From IMG/VR virus record IMGVR_UViG_3300031840_000546: 64,000 bases of DNA; one strand, written 5' to 3'. Position numbers and translations under genes: made by a program. The stretch is from an uncultured virus (IMG/VR IMGVR_UViG_3300031840_000546) (Duplodnaviria > Heunggongvirae > Uroviricota > Caudoviricetes). Each line of letters starts with the position of its first letter. The first letter of the stretch is position 1. The notes beneath the pieces are model-generated. The model saw only the letters and a program-made list of their open reading frames with translations, had not been told where the DNA came from and made no database searches. This document shows, in pieces, positions 21,541 to 30,911 of the stretch.

Positions 21541-22761
21541 ATGGAACATTTAGATCCAATTGAAACCGCAAGAAGAATTCTCGCTGGAGAATCTTTAGTC
21601 GAAAATAATATCGTCGAGGACGAAGTTGATGAAATCGTTGTCGAGGATTTTGAAGATCTTGATATCGAAGAAGTCGAAGAAATGGCTCACGGTAATAAGA
21701 AGAAGATGAAAAAAGAAGAGGATGACGAGGATGACGACGACGATGATGATGTCGAAGAAGCCATGCATCCTATGGGTAAGAAAAAGTTAAATGCAACCTA
21801 CGGTAAAATGAACGCAGGTAAGCATAAGATGAATGCAGGTATGCATAAGATGAAAGAGGCTGAAACCGTCGTTGACGATGAAGCACAATCTCAGGATACC
21901 GAGGGTAAGAAACCTCAAACTGCTAAACCCGTTGGTAACGCATCTGGTAAGAACCAAGCAACCATTAAAACAAAACCATCTAAGGCTAAGGCTGGTAAGA
22001 TCCCTCAAAATCAAGGAAACGTTGGTGATGTCGGATCTATGAAGGAGCATGTTGATGCACTCTTTACGGGTGAAGACCTCTCCGAAGATTTTAAGGTTAA
22101 GGCTTTGACCATCTTCGAAACAGCGTTGAATGAAAGAGCAGCACAAGTCGAAGAAGAATTGACTCTTCAATACGAAGAAGCAATCGCTGAACACACAGAA
22201 GCAGTGTCTAAAGAACTTGCAGAAAAACTTGACGACTACCTCTCCTATGTTGTCGAACAGTGGATGCAAGAAAACGAACTCGCTATTGAAACGGGTATTC
22301 GTGCTGACGTTGCAGAAAACTTCTTGAGTGGATTGAAAGGTCTGTTCGAATCGAACTACATCGAGGTTCCCGAAGAGAAGTATGACTTGGTGGAAAGCCT
22401 CGCACAAACTGTTGTTGACTTAGAAGAAAAACTCAACGATGAACTTAACTACAACATCGAACTGAAACAAACAGTTGAAGAAAAAACAAGAGATGAAATC
22501 TTTGTTGAAGTTACTGAAGACTTAGTTGATACGGATACTGAAAAAATGAGAACACTGTCTGAAAACCTTGAGTTTACAGATGAAGACAGTTTCCGTAATA
22601 AACTCGAAGTTCTTAAAGACAACTACCTCTCGGAAGGTGTCTTGACTGAGGATACTGAAGTGTCTACTTCAGTCGAAAATTCTGACACTAGTTTAATGAG
22701 TGCGTACACTGATGCACTTACTAGAGTCGCTAAGTCCGCAAACGACAACAAGGTTTCTTGA
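21541..22761 (+). CDS. gp22: Prohead core scaffold gp22
   Basis: LSEDFKVKALTIFETA...LDDYLSYVVEQWMQENELAIETGIR; acidic coiled-coil. Confidence 0.93.
   Translation: MEHLDPIETARRILAGESLVENNIVEDEVDEIVVEDFEDLDIEEVEEMAHGNKKKMKKEEDDEDDDDDDDVEEAMHPMGKKKLNATYGKMNAGKHKMNAGMHKMKEAETVVDDEAQSQDTEGKKPQTAKPVGNASGKNQATIKTKPSKAKAGKIPQNQGNVGDVGSMKEHVDALFTGEDLSEDFKVKALTIFETALNERAAQVEEELTLQYEEAIAEHTEAVSKELAEKLDDYLSYVVEQWMQENELAIETGIRADVAENFLSGLKGLFESNYIEVPEEKYDLVESLAQTVVDLEEKLNDELNYNIELKQTVEEKTRDEIFVEVTEDLVDTDTEKMRTLSENLEFTDEDSFRNKLEVLKDNYLSEGVLTEDTEVSTSVENSDTSLMSAYTDALTRVAKSANDNKVS
21790..21852 (+). repeat. Three 21-nt tandem units (NATYGKM / NAGKHKM / NAGMHKM) in gp22
   Basis: aatgcaacctacggtaaaatg-aacgcaggtaagcataagatg-aatgcaggtatgcataagatg. 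Confidence 0.8.
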
Positions 22762-22773
22762 AAAACAGAATAT

Positions 22774-22781
22774 TATAACTA
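22774..22781 (+). promoter_or_regulatory. Late promoter variant TATAACTA
   Basis: One mismatch to consensus, in the gap before gp23. Confidence 0.55.
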
Positions 22782-22818
22782 TTAAGAGTAGTATACAACT
22801 ATATCAAAGGAGATAGAA

Positions 22819-24246
22819 ATGGATTTTAACGGAGTTACACCTTATGACCAACTTACTGAGAAGTGGTCGCCAGTTCTTGATCATCAAGCGATGCCTGAAA
22901 TCGAAGATGGTTATAGAAGAAAAGTTACCGCTGCTCTTCTTGAGAATCAAGAATCAGCACTTAGAGAGCAATCGCTGAACGAAGCGCCTAACTCACTGAA
23001 CCATGCTGGTTCTGGTGGTCTTGCAGGTGTAGACGGGTCACAAAGACCACTCGGTGGTTATGATCCTATTCTGATCTCTCTCGTTCGTCGTGCGATGCCT
23101 AACCTGATGGCATATGATGTCTGTGGTGTTCAGCCTATGAGCGCCCCAACAGGTCTTATCTTCGCACTTAAGTCTCAATTCAGCGGTGCTGACAGAAACA
23201 ACGAAGCCCTCTTCGCAGAAGCAGGTAACTTCGGTGGTACTGGTGGTGCTACTGCTGCTGCTAACTTCGACCCATTATTAGGTGTTACCGCAGGTGATGT
23301 CTCAATCGGTCGTCCTATGAGCAGAGACTCTGCTGAAGCACTCGGTGAAAACAGTGCTTTCAATTCGATGGCATTCAGCATCGAGCGAACTTCTGTCACA
23401 GCGAAGACTCGCGCCCTGAAAGCGGAATACACAACCGAACTCGCCCAAGACTTGCGTGCTGTTCACGGTCTTGACGCTGAAACCGAACTCGCTAACATTC
23501 TCAGCACGGAAATCCTTGCTGAAATCAACCGCGAGATCATTCGCACCATCTACGGTGTTGCGAAACTCGGTGCCCAGCAAAAAGATCTGACATACGCCAA
23601 CACTGGTGCTACACCTGTGATTGGTCACCCTGGCACTGGTCAAGGTGGTATGTACGACCTCGACTCCGACTCTGACGGTCGTTGGTCAGCAGAGCGTTGG
23701 AGAGGACTCATGTTCCAAATCGAACGCGAAGCAAACGTTATCGCCAAGCAAACTCGTAGAGGAAAAGGTAACGTCATCATCTGTGATGCTGATACCGCAT
23801 CTGCTCTTGCTATGGGTGGATACCTCAACATCTCTCCTGCACTGAATGTTAACCTGAACATCGACGATACAGGTAACACATTCGCAGGTGTTCTTAACGG
23901 TAAGTTTAGAGTCTACATTGACCCATTCGCTACCGAAGCATCAACTTCCTTTACCAACAACAGACCAACTAACTACGTCTGTGTCGGTTATAAGGGTACG
24001 AACCCGTATGATGCTGGATTGTTCTACTGCCCATACGTTCCGTTGCAAATGGTTCGTGCAGTCGGTGAGAACACCTTCCAGCCCAAGATCGGATTCAAGA
24101 CTCGTTACGGTCTGGTTTCTAACCCATTCGTGACGACGACTGGTGCTGCGAACGGTACGCCTGACGGTGAAACACTCACCATCCGTGCTAACCAATACTA
24201 TCGTATCTTTAGAGTTCTTAACCTTCACGGTAACTCTGGAACCTAA
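22819..24246 (+). CDS. gp23: Major capsid protein gp23
   Basis: LVRRAMPNLMAYDVCGVQPM..PTGLIFA...KTRALKAEYTTELAQDL...AGLFYCPYVPL...FQPKIGFKTRYG. Confidence 0.98.
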   Translation: MDFNGVTPYDQLTEKWSPVLDHQAMPEIEDGYRRKVTAALLENQESALREQSLNEAPNSLNHAGSGGLAGVDGSQRPLGGYDPILISLVRRAMPNLMAYDVCGVQPMSAPTGLIFALKSQFSGADRNNEALFAEAGNFGGTGGATAAANFDPLLGVTAGDVSIGRPMSRDSAEALGENSAFNSMAFSIERTSVTAKTRALKAEYTTELAQDLRAVHGLDAETELANILSTEILAEINREIIRTIYGVAKLGAQQKDLTYANTGATPVIGHPGTGQGGMYDLDSDSDGRWSAERWRGLMFQIEREANVIAKQTRRGKGNVIICDADTASALAMGGYLNISPALNVNLNIDDTGNTFAGVLNGKFRVYIDPFATEASTSFTNNRPTNYVCVGYKGTNPYDAGLFYCPYVPLQMVRAVGENTFQPKIGFKTRYGLVSNPFVTTTGAANGTPDGETLTIRANQYYRIFRVLNLHGNSGT

Positions 24247-24272
24247 TAGATAAAAACTCCGAGTGAAGTAAG

Positions 24273-24300
24273 AGAGGGGGGTCTTTGACCCCCCTCTTTT
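24273..24300 (+). terminator. Rho-independent terminator after gp23
   Basis: Perfect 11-bp stem AGAGGGGGGTC-TTT-GACCCCCCTCT followed by Ts. Confidence 0.9.
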
Positions 24301-24302
24301 CG

Positions 24303-24310
24303 TATACATA
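24303..24310 (+). promoter_or_regulatory. Late promoter variant TATACATA
   Basis: Directly after the gp23 terminator, restarting transcription before the 24331 gene (SD AGGAGG). Confidence 0.7.
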
Positions 24311-24330
24311 GTAAACAGGAGGTCTATATT

Positions 24331-25383
24331 ATGAGACATTTTTTAACACTTGTTGTTTGCACACTTTCTTCTTTTAGTTTTGCCAGTGAGTCTGGTCCAC
24401 CATCCGATCCTAATGCTGTTGCGATGTGGATCGACGATCTTGGTAGACTTACTCCATTCGGTCGAACGTTCGATGTTTATATTCAAACTGGTTTTGATCC
24501 AGAGTTTTCTTATCCAAATGGTGATCCTCGTCGTCCCTACATGATTGGTTGCACCCGTGGAAATGAATCGCCTTCTCGTTCCTTTGGTTGGGCGATTGAA
24601 GGTGATATGTTCAAGAATCGCAGACCCGATCATCTTTATCCTTGGTTAGATAATTGTCAAGAGTGTATTGACTACTGGACTATAGATACTGGGATTGAGT
24701 GTCCAAGCCCTGGCGCTTACTGGGACTGCATTCAATCTAACCCCTACCAGCGATGGATGTATCTCGGTGCTAAGTTCACTCCAATCAACTGGGAGTTTTC
24801 GGGTCCGCAGGGATGCTGTCCTCGGACGGCTGATCTAGTTGATCTTGAGTACGCATGGTGTGACTCTTGGATTCTGCATGGTCCGCTCGGTAAGAAGTAC
24901 GGTAACTCACAACAATACAAGTACCCACAGGTGCAGCAACAACACAAGGATCTGATGGATTCCCCCGTGTTGAAGTTCTGGGAGCCTTTCCCTGTAGGTC
25001 AGATTCCATCTCAAGTGTGTTGCTCTTCCCCATCACAGAATGACTACGGTGATCTAATCAAGTGGAACGCTGATGTTGACTGGGAAAGTGAGAAGTGGCC
25101 TGGTTCATTTCACATCGCTCGGTTTACAGGTCCAGACTATTTTTCCTCTGGTGGTGTGGTACGGTTTGCTTGCGGTAACGATCATCCATGTGATCCATCA
25201 CCTTATAGTGTTAATTACTACCCCGACAACTCTTGCCCTTCTGATTTAAACGAAGATGGTCTGGTTGGTTTCCAAGATTTGTTACAAGTGCTTGGAGACG
25301 TTGCTGCATATAAGTACCACCCGCAAACTAACAATGGATTTAACGCAATCCTGAAAGTCCTCGCGGAGTGGGGAGATTGCTAA
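24331..25383 (+). CDS. Secreted protein with a C-terminal planctomycete-type dockerin-like domain
   Basis: N-terminal signal peptide MRHFLTLVVCTLSSFSFA; C-terminus CPSDLNEDGLVGFQDLLQVL...ILKVLAEWGDC. Confidence 0.75.
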   Translation: MRHFLTLVVCTLSSFSFASESGPPSDPNAVAMWIDDLGRLTPFGRTFDVYIQTGFDPEFSYPNGDPRRPYMIGCTRGNESPSRSFGWAIEGDMFKNRRPDHLYPWLDNCQECIDYWTIDTGIECPSPGAYWDCIQSNPYQRWMYLGAKFTPINWEFSGPQGCCPRTADLVDLEYAWCDSWILHGPLGKKYGNSQQYKYPQVQQQHKDLMDSPVLKFWEPFPVGQIPSQVCCSSPSQNDYGDLIKWNADVDWESEKWPGSFHIARFTGPDYFSSGGVVRFACGNDHPCDPSPYSVNYYPDNSCPSDLNEDGLVGFQDLLQVLGDVAAYKYHPQTNNGFNAILKVLAEWGDC

Positions 25384-25386
25384 AAT

Positions 25387-25394
25387 CATAAATA
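25387..25394 (+). promoter_or_regulatory. Late promoter variant CATAAATA
   Basis: One mismatch to consensus, intergenic, before the 25424 gene. Confidence 0.6.
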
Positions 25395-25423
25395 GTGAGT
25401 AATTAAATACTTGGGGGAATATT

Positions 25424-26056
25424 ATGTTTAAACGAACACTTGCACTTGCTATAACTACATCTGCGATGGCTGACCTTGCTGGACCAGGCGTCGGTGAACC
25501 AGAACTATACTTTCAGTCTGATGTTTACGGGGAACGTTGGAATGCATATGTAGAAACCGCTGTATACACAGAGGATGATCAGCAAGATTTTGTCGGTGTT
25601 CCTGATAACGCTATTCTTATCACTTACACATTACATAACAGTCCTGAGTCACAATCATCTATTGAAGACTTTGATGTTTTTACTGGTGTAAAGTCAGATG
25701 AACTTTCGATTTTATCGATTCCAGGCTATCTAACATCTCCACTCGAAGAACAATTTGATGAATTTTATAACGATCCAGACTACGTTAATTTTGCATATGA
25801 GACAGGACTCTATAACTGGGACTGGGGGACTGAGGGAAACGAGGAATCCTCAGGCTTAAAGCCTGGGGAATTTGCGACGATGTTTGTGATCGCTTACGCA
25901 GATTCTTGGATCGAAAGTCCTGGCATAATTCAAGGTGAAAGTGATGCGGGTATATTCTTTACAGTCGTACCAGAGTTTACGGTTATTCCTGCGCCTAGCG
26001 TCTTGACGATGTTAGGTGTGTCTTTAATCGGTCGTGGTAGAAAACGATATACATAA
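25424..26056 (+). CDS. Secreted protein with a PEP-CTERM-like (PAP variant) sorting signal
   Basis: Signal peptide MFKRTLALAITTSAMA; C-terminus VIPAPSVLTMLGVSLIGRGRKRYT (motif, hydrophobic segment, basic cluster). Confidence 0.8.
   Translation: MFKRTLALAITTSAMADLAGPGVGEPELYFQSDVYGERWNAYVETAVYTEDDQQDFVGVPDNAILITYTLHNSPESQSSIEDFDVFTGVKSDELSILSIPGYLTSPLEEQFDEFYNDPDYVNFAYETGLYNWDWGTEGNEESSGLKPGEFATMFVIAYADSWIESPGIIQGESDAGIFFTVVPEFTVIPAPSVLTMLGVSLIGRGRKRYT
26048..26055 (+). promoter_or_regulatory. Late promoter variant TATACATA
   Basis: Ends 4 nt before the gp3 ATG, which has no clear SD; the transcript could be near-leaderless. Confidence 0.5.
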
Positions 26057-26059
26057 TGT

Positions 26060-26605
26060 ATGGGATACACTGCTGAGAATCAAATACCGATACCAGATTA
26101 TTACCAATCTTTAGGCACGAGACAACCAAAGACTAATAATTATCTAATGAACACCTCGTTTAGATTTATCATGGATAAATCTCCGAATATGGTTTGGTTC
26201 TGTCAGCGTGTGAATATACCAGACTTCTCCTTAAATGCGATTGAACAACCAACTAGATTTGGTGCTAGATCGTTTAAGGCTGGTGATAAATATAATTTTG
26301 GTGATTTGAATATAAGTTTTTTGGTGGATGAAAATATGGATAACTATCTTGAACTTCATGATTGGTTAAGAAGTTGTGCAAATCTAGAAGACACCACAGA
26401 GTTTGAGGGTAGAGAAAGATTTACCACAGATGCTGAGTTGATCATTGTAAATAGTGCCTATCGACCCGTAAGGTCAATTAGATTTAAGGAGTTAATACCT
26501 GAGTCATTGGGGTCCGTAGATTTTGATTCCACTACTGGTGAGACAGAGCCTATCATTGTAGACGCATCTTTTAAGTTTGTGACGTACGAGATAAAACCGA
26601 TATAA
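26060..26605 (+). CDS. gp3: Tail completion/tube terminator gp3
   Basis: NYLMNTSFRF...FCQRVNIP...ISFLVDENMDNYLELHDW; typical position before uvsY in marine T4-like phages. Confidence 0.88.
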   Translation: MGYTAENQIPIPDYYQSLGTRQPKTNNYLMNTSFRFIMDKSPNMVWFCQRVNIPDFSLNAIEQPTRFGARSFKAGDKYNFGDLNISFLVDENMDNYLELHDWLRSCANLEDTTEFEGRERFTTDAELIIVNSAYRPVRSIRFKELIPESLGSVDFDSTTGETEPIIVDASFKFVTYEIKPI

Positions 26606-26607
26606 CC

Positions 26608-26635
26608 TTGACAATAAGGTGTTATGGGGTAAACT
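26608..26635 (+). promoter_or_regulatory. Sigma70-like early promoter TTGACA-N16-TAAACT
   Basis: Perfect -35 at the switch from structural to recombination genes. Confidence 0.7.
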
Positions 26636-26653
26636 CTACCAAAAGGAGTTTAT

Positions 26654-27088
26654 ATGTTATTGGATGAGTTGAAGTCTATGGTTCAGCAAGACTTAGAAAT
26701 TGACAAAACTGAATTAGATGTTGAGGCTTTAAAAACACCACAACTTCATAACAAGTATTTAAACTTTCTGTTAGATGAGAAGTTGATTCTTACAAAGGCT
26801 GAAAGTGAGTTACGAATACTCCGAAAGATAAAATGGCTTTACTATACAGGAAAGATGAGTCACGAAGAGTTAGAGGAAAGAGATCTTGAACCTTTTGCTT
26901 TGAACATACTCAAACAGGATTTAGAAAAGTTTTTGGAGTCAGATGACGAGATTGTTAAGTTAACAAATAAGGTTGAGTATCAAAAAGAAAAGGTGGAATA
27001 TCTAAAGTCTGTCGTAAAAACAATGTCTGATAGACAGTGGTATATTCGATCTGCAATTGATTGGATAAAATTTACGAATGGAAACTAA
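26654..27088 (+). CDS. uvsY: Recombination mediator UvsY
   Basis: LKTPQLHNKYL...KWLYYTGK...IRSAIDWIKF. Confidence 0.93.
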   Translation: MLLDELKSMVQQDLEIDKTELDVEALKTPQLHNKYLNFLLDEKLILTKAESELRILRKIKWLYYTGKMSHEELEERDLEPFALNILKQDLEKFLESDDEIVKLTNKVEYQKEKVEYLKSVVKTMSDRQWYIRSAIDWIKFTNGN

Positions 27089-28574
27089 TCTTATTACAAT
27101 CAAACCATACGACAGTGTGTATGTAAAAGTTGACTGTGAGAGATCTGTTGCAAAAGAACTCTCAGACTTTTTTACGTTTAAAGTTCCTAACTACCAATAC
27201 ACTCCCGCCTATAAGAATAAAGTATGGGACGGTCAGATAAGATTATACAACATGCACACTCAAACTTTCTATAGGGGGTTAATTGATTATCTTGCTGATT
27301 TTGCAAACGAGAGAAACTATACTCTCAAAAATAACTTAGAGATCGTTTCTCATACTATATCTGATGACAGTTTGCTCAAGTATATGCGTGAACACCTAAA
27401 ACTTCCGTTCGATCCATACGAACATCAGATTTCTGCAATTAAGCACGCTCTAGAGCAGCAGAGAACCCTTCTCGTCTCTCCTACGGGGTCAGGTAAGTCT
27501 TTGATCATTTACACTTTGTTGCGATACTATCTTGATCGTCTACCGCCTGATAAAAAGATACTAATTATCGTTCCGACTACCTCACTAGTTTCTCAAATGA
27601 TGAGTGACTTTCGAGACTATGCTGAAAACTGTGATTGGTCAGTAGATGATAATTGTCACTACATTATGTCGGGTCAAGAAAAAACAACAGATAAGAAGAT
27701 TGTAATATCCACATGGCAGAGTATTCATCGAGAACACGAAAAATATTTTAAGGACTTTCACTGTGTGTTCGGTGATGAGTGTCACTTATTTAAGGCAAAA
27801 TCACTCACAGGTATCATGACCAAACTAAAAAATTGTGATCATAGAATCGGAACCACGGGAACACTCGATGGATCACAAACTCACAAACTCGTAATCGAGG
27901 GATTGTTTGGATTGGTTAAGAATGTTACCACCACGAAAAAACTCATGGACAAAGACTTATTGTCTAGACTAAAGATTGATTGCCTAGTTTTGGGATATAG
28001 TAAAGAGTCAACGAAAGAAACTAAAAGAGCAAAGTATATTGATGAAATCAAGTGGATCATCAACAATGAGGCGAGAAATAAGTTTATCACTGACTTGTCC
28101 TGCAAACTAAAGGGAAACACCTTGCTTCTTTTTAATTATGTAAAAGAACACGGTGTCCCTCTTCACGAAATGATTCAAAACAACTGTCCCGATAAAGATA
28201 TTCACTTCATTCATGGTGGGACCGATGTATCACAGAGAGAAGATATTCGAAAACTCGTGGACACGGTTGATCGTGATTCGATACTTATTGCATCCTACGG
28301 AACCTGCTCCACAGGTATTAACATCAAGAATATAAACAATATCATTTTCGCCTCACCATCAAGATCCGTTATTCGTGTATTGCAGTCTATTGGTAGAGGA
28401 CTAAGAAAGTCTGATGTGAAAGATAGAGTAAAACTGTTTGACATAAGCGATGATTTGAGACATCTCAAGTATGTCAACCACACCTATCGTCACATGCAGG
28501 ACAGAGTGAAGATATATAGTAAAGAGAAGTTTGATTTTACACATAAGAATCTGAACTTGGAAGGTAACACATGA
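27078..28574 (+). CDS. uvsW: SF2 DNA helicase UvsW
   Basis: SPTGSGKS, DECH, RVLQSIGRGLR. Confidence 0.96.
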   Translation: METNLITIKPYDSVYVKVDCERSVAKELSDFFTFKVPNYQYTPAYKNKVWDGQIRLYNMHTQTFYRGLIDYLADFANERNYTLKNNLEIVSHTISDDSLLKYMREHLKLPFDPYEHQISAIKHALEQQRTLLVSPTGSGKSLIIYTLLRYYLDRLPPDKKILIIVPTTSLVSQMMSDFRDYAENCDWSVDDNCHYIMSGQEKTTDKKIVISTWQSIHREHEKYFKDFHCVFGDECHLFKAKSLTGIMTKLKNCDHRIGTTGTLDGSQTHKLVIEGLFGLVKNVTTTKKLMDKDLLSRLKIDCLVLGYSKESTKETKRAKYIDEIKWIINNEARNKFITDLSCKLKGNTLLLFNYVKEHGVPLHEMIQNNCPDKDIHFIHGGTDVSQREDIRKLVDTVDRDSILIASYGTCSTGINIKNINNIIFASPSRSVIRVLQSIGRGLRKSDVKDRVKLFDISDDLRHLKYVNHTYRHMQDRVKIYSKEKFDFTHKNLNLEGNT

Positions 28575-29290
28575 ACTCAGACTACCGACTGTTAAAATTA
28601 AAAAGTGGAGAGGAAATCGTAACTAAGATTGTTGCTCAGAAAAGAGACAGCATTACGGTTGAAAGACCCTATGAATTTCAAAACATGATGGTGCATGATC
28701 CTATTGGTCGTAAAAAAGAGGTCACAGTGTTAAAGGATTGGTTACGTCATAGTAGTCAAATTAAAACCGTAATCCCAAAAGACTTTATTGTTAGTTTTTT
28801 GTCACCAGACTATGATGTGGTTCGGTTGTATGAGGACTCTAAGGAAAGAGACGATAAGATTCAGATGCAACACGATGCAATTGATAATATGACCGAGGAT
28901 GAAGCACAAGCGGCTTTAGAGCAAAAGATTCAGCAAATGTTACAGTCGATGAGAGAAAAATTTGATGATGACTTCTCTGAAGACAACATGGATAACATAG
29001 ACCAAATCTCTGGTATGCCTAATAAAGAAAAAGACAAAGAAAAAGAATTTGTAGTCATGAACATGATCTTCCCACCAAGTATCATTAAAAAATTTATTGA
29101 AGAAGGCTTTTTAGATCCAGACGATATCATGGACTTGATCGATGATGACGACATTGGTATGAGAACGTTCACAGATAAAGATACAAGTAACGAAACTGAT
29201 CGTGAAGATTTTGGAACTCAGTGGACCGACTACTCTTGGAATCCTAATGATTTATTAGACTCAGAAGATTCAGAAGAACAAGATGATTAA
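28571..29290 (+). CDS. Hypothetical protein (Sm-like N-terminus, acidic C-terminus)
   Basis: KLKSGEEIV N-terminus; sits between uvsW and gp55 as in many T4-like phages. Confidence 0.7.
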   Translation: MNSDYRLLKLKSGEEIVTKIVAQKRDSITVERPYEFQNMMVHDPIGRKKEVTVLKDWLRHSSQIKTVIPKDFIVSFLSPDYDVVRLYEDSKERDDKIQMQHDAIDNMTEDEAQAALEQKIQQMLQSMREKFDDDFSEDNMDNIDQISGMPNKEKDKEKEFVVMNMIFPPSIIKKFIEEGFLDPDDIMDLIDDDDIGMRTFTDKDTSNETDREDFGTQWTDYSWNPNDLLDSEDSEEQDD

Positions 29291-29308
29291 TTGTACCCCC
29301 CTTTCCCC

Positions 29309-29336
29309 TTGACAAGATTAAGTCTAGTGATATGAT
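29309..29336 (+). promoter_or_regulatory. Sigma70-like promoter TTGACA-N16-TATGAT (TGn extended -10)
   Basis: Intergenic, upstream of gp55. Confidence 0.75.
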
Positions 29337-29371
29337 GTGTGACATGTCAAGAATAAAAAGGACAAAAAAAT

Positions 29372-29902
29372 ATGAGCAGCAAAAAAAATCAATACATCGA
29401 TAACAAAGAGTTTTTCAAAGCGATGTGTGAGTGGAAAGACAACATTACAGAAGCAGAGTCTATGGGGGAACCAAGACCACCAGTGACTGAGTATATTGGT
29501 AAATGTTTTTTGGATATTGCGGAACACTTGTCATACAAACCAAACTTCATGAACTATCCATTTAAGGATGAGATGATCGGCGATGGTATTGAAAACTGTC
29601 TGATGTACGCTCATAACTTCAACCCTGAAAAATCTAAAAATCCATTTTCATATTTTACTCAGATTGTGTATTATGCTTTTCTGAGAAGAATCGAAAGAGA
29701 AAAGAAACAAAACTATATCAAGTTTAAAACAATTCAGATGGAAGACTCAGAGGGATCTTTACGAAAGTATTATTCCGAAAATTACTTTGAAGATAAAAGC
29801 CTTGAACAGCATTTTAATCTAACCGATTCTGACATAGAACGATTTACACCTAAGAAGAAAAAGAAGAAAAAGGACGCAGATGAAAATAGCACTACTGAGT
29901 GA
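29372..29902 (+). CDS. gp55: Late-transcription sigma factor gp55
   Basis: YIDNKEF...YIGKCFLDIAEHLSYKPNFMNY...NPFSYFTQIVYYAFLRRI. Confidence 0.96.
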   Translation: MSSKKNQYIDNKEFFKAMCEWKDNITEAESMGEPRPPVTEYIGKCFLDIAEHLSYKPNFMNYPFKDEMIGDGIENCLMYAHNFNPEKSKNPFSYFTQIVYYAFLRRIEREKKQNYIKFKTIQMEDSEGSLRKYYSENYFEDKSLEQHFNLTDSDIERFTPKKKKKKKDADENSTTE

Positions 29903-30911
29903 CACGCATTGGGGAGCGAGAGGAGACTCTCAGTTATTCCTTGACTATTTTACTGAGTTTTTCAACGATACATTTTTCCCTTACTTAGATGCGAACAACA
30001 TCACCACAGTTCTTCATGCTGGTGATCTTATGGATCGTCGAAAGTTTGTAAACTTCAACGTTCTTAATCATGTCCGAGAACATTTTATAAAGCCTCTAAA
30101 AAATCGCAACATTGATTTGCATTGTATCTTAGGTAATCATGATGTGTATTATAGAAATACAAACCGAATCAATTCGATGCGTGAGTTATTCTACGAGGAC
30201 TTTAACATATACGAGAAGCCTAAAACACTGGAGTTTGACGGGTTACGAATCGCCATGTTACCGTGGGTAAATAAAGAAAACGCAGAGGAGTTTACAGACT
30301 ACATCAAAACAGTGGATGCTCCGATACTAGTTGGTCATTTGGAGTTGGACGGATATGAGGTTTTAAGAGGCGTAAAGCATAGAGGCGGAATGTCCCCACA
30401 ACTATTCAAGCGTTTTGAGAAAGTGTTGAGTGGTCACTTTCACTGTAAACAAAGTCGAGACAATATACACTATCTTGGAACTCACTACGAGATAACATTC
30501 TCGGATCACGGTGAACCAAAAGGCTTTCACGTTCTAGACACAGAAACAAGAGAACTTGAATACATCGAAAATCCAAGTCGAATGTTTCATAAACTAAAGT
30601 ATGAGGACGATAAAGCCTACAGCGAGTCTTTCTATTCTAGTTACGAAAACCGATATGTTAAGGTATTTGTATCGAGCAAGAAAGATCCAGTTAAGTTTGA
30701 TAAGTTCTTAGAAGGGCTGTATACCGCCCAAGTCGCAAACCTTACGATTGTCGAAGAAGAGGATCTTGAACAAGAAAAGGTTGACATCGATATGAAAAAA
30801 GATACACTGACACTAATTCAAGATGAAGTTGATTCTCTCAAGTGCGAAGGCGACAAAGAGAAAATCAAGAAAATGATTCGTGATTTGTATATGGAGAGTT
30901 TAACACTGTGA
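29880..30911 (+). CDS. gp47: Recombination endonuclease subunit gp47 (Mre11/SbcD-like)
   Basis: DTHWG, GDLMD, GNHD, SGHFH metallophosphoesterase motifs. Confidence 0.95.
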   Translation: MKIALLSDTHWGARGDSQLFLDYFTEFFNDTFFPYLDANNITTVLHAGDLMDRRKFVNFNVLNHVREHFIKPLKNRNIDLHCILGNHDVYYRNTNRINSMRELFYEDFNIYEKPKTLEFDGLRIAMLPWVNKENAEEFTDYIKTVDAPILVGHLELDGYEVLRGVKHRGGMSPQLFKRFEKVLSGHFHCKQSRDNIHYLGTHYEITFSDHGEPKGFHVLDTETRELEYIENPSRMFHKLKYEDDKAYSESFYSSYENRYVKVFVSSKKDPVKFDKFLEGLYTAQVANLTIVEEEDLEQEKVDIDMKKDTLTLIQDEVDSLKCEGDKEKIKKMIRDLYMESLTL

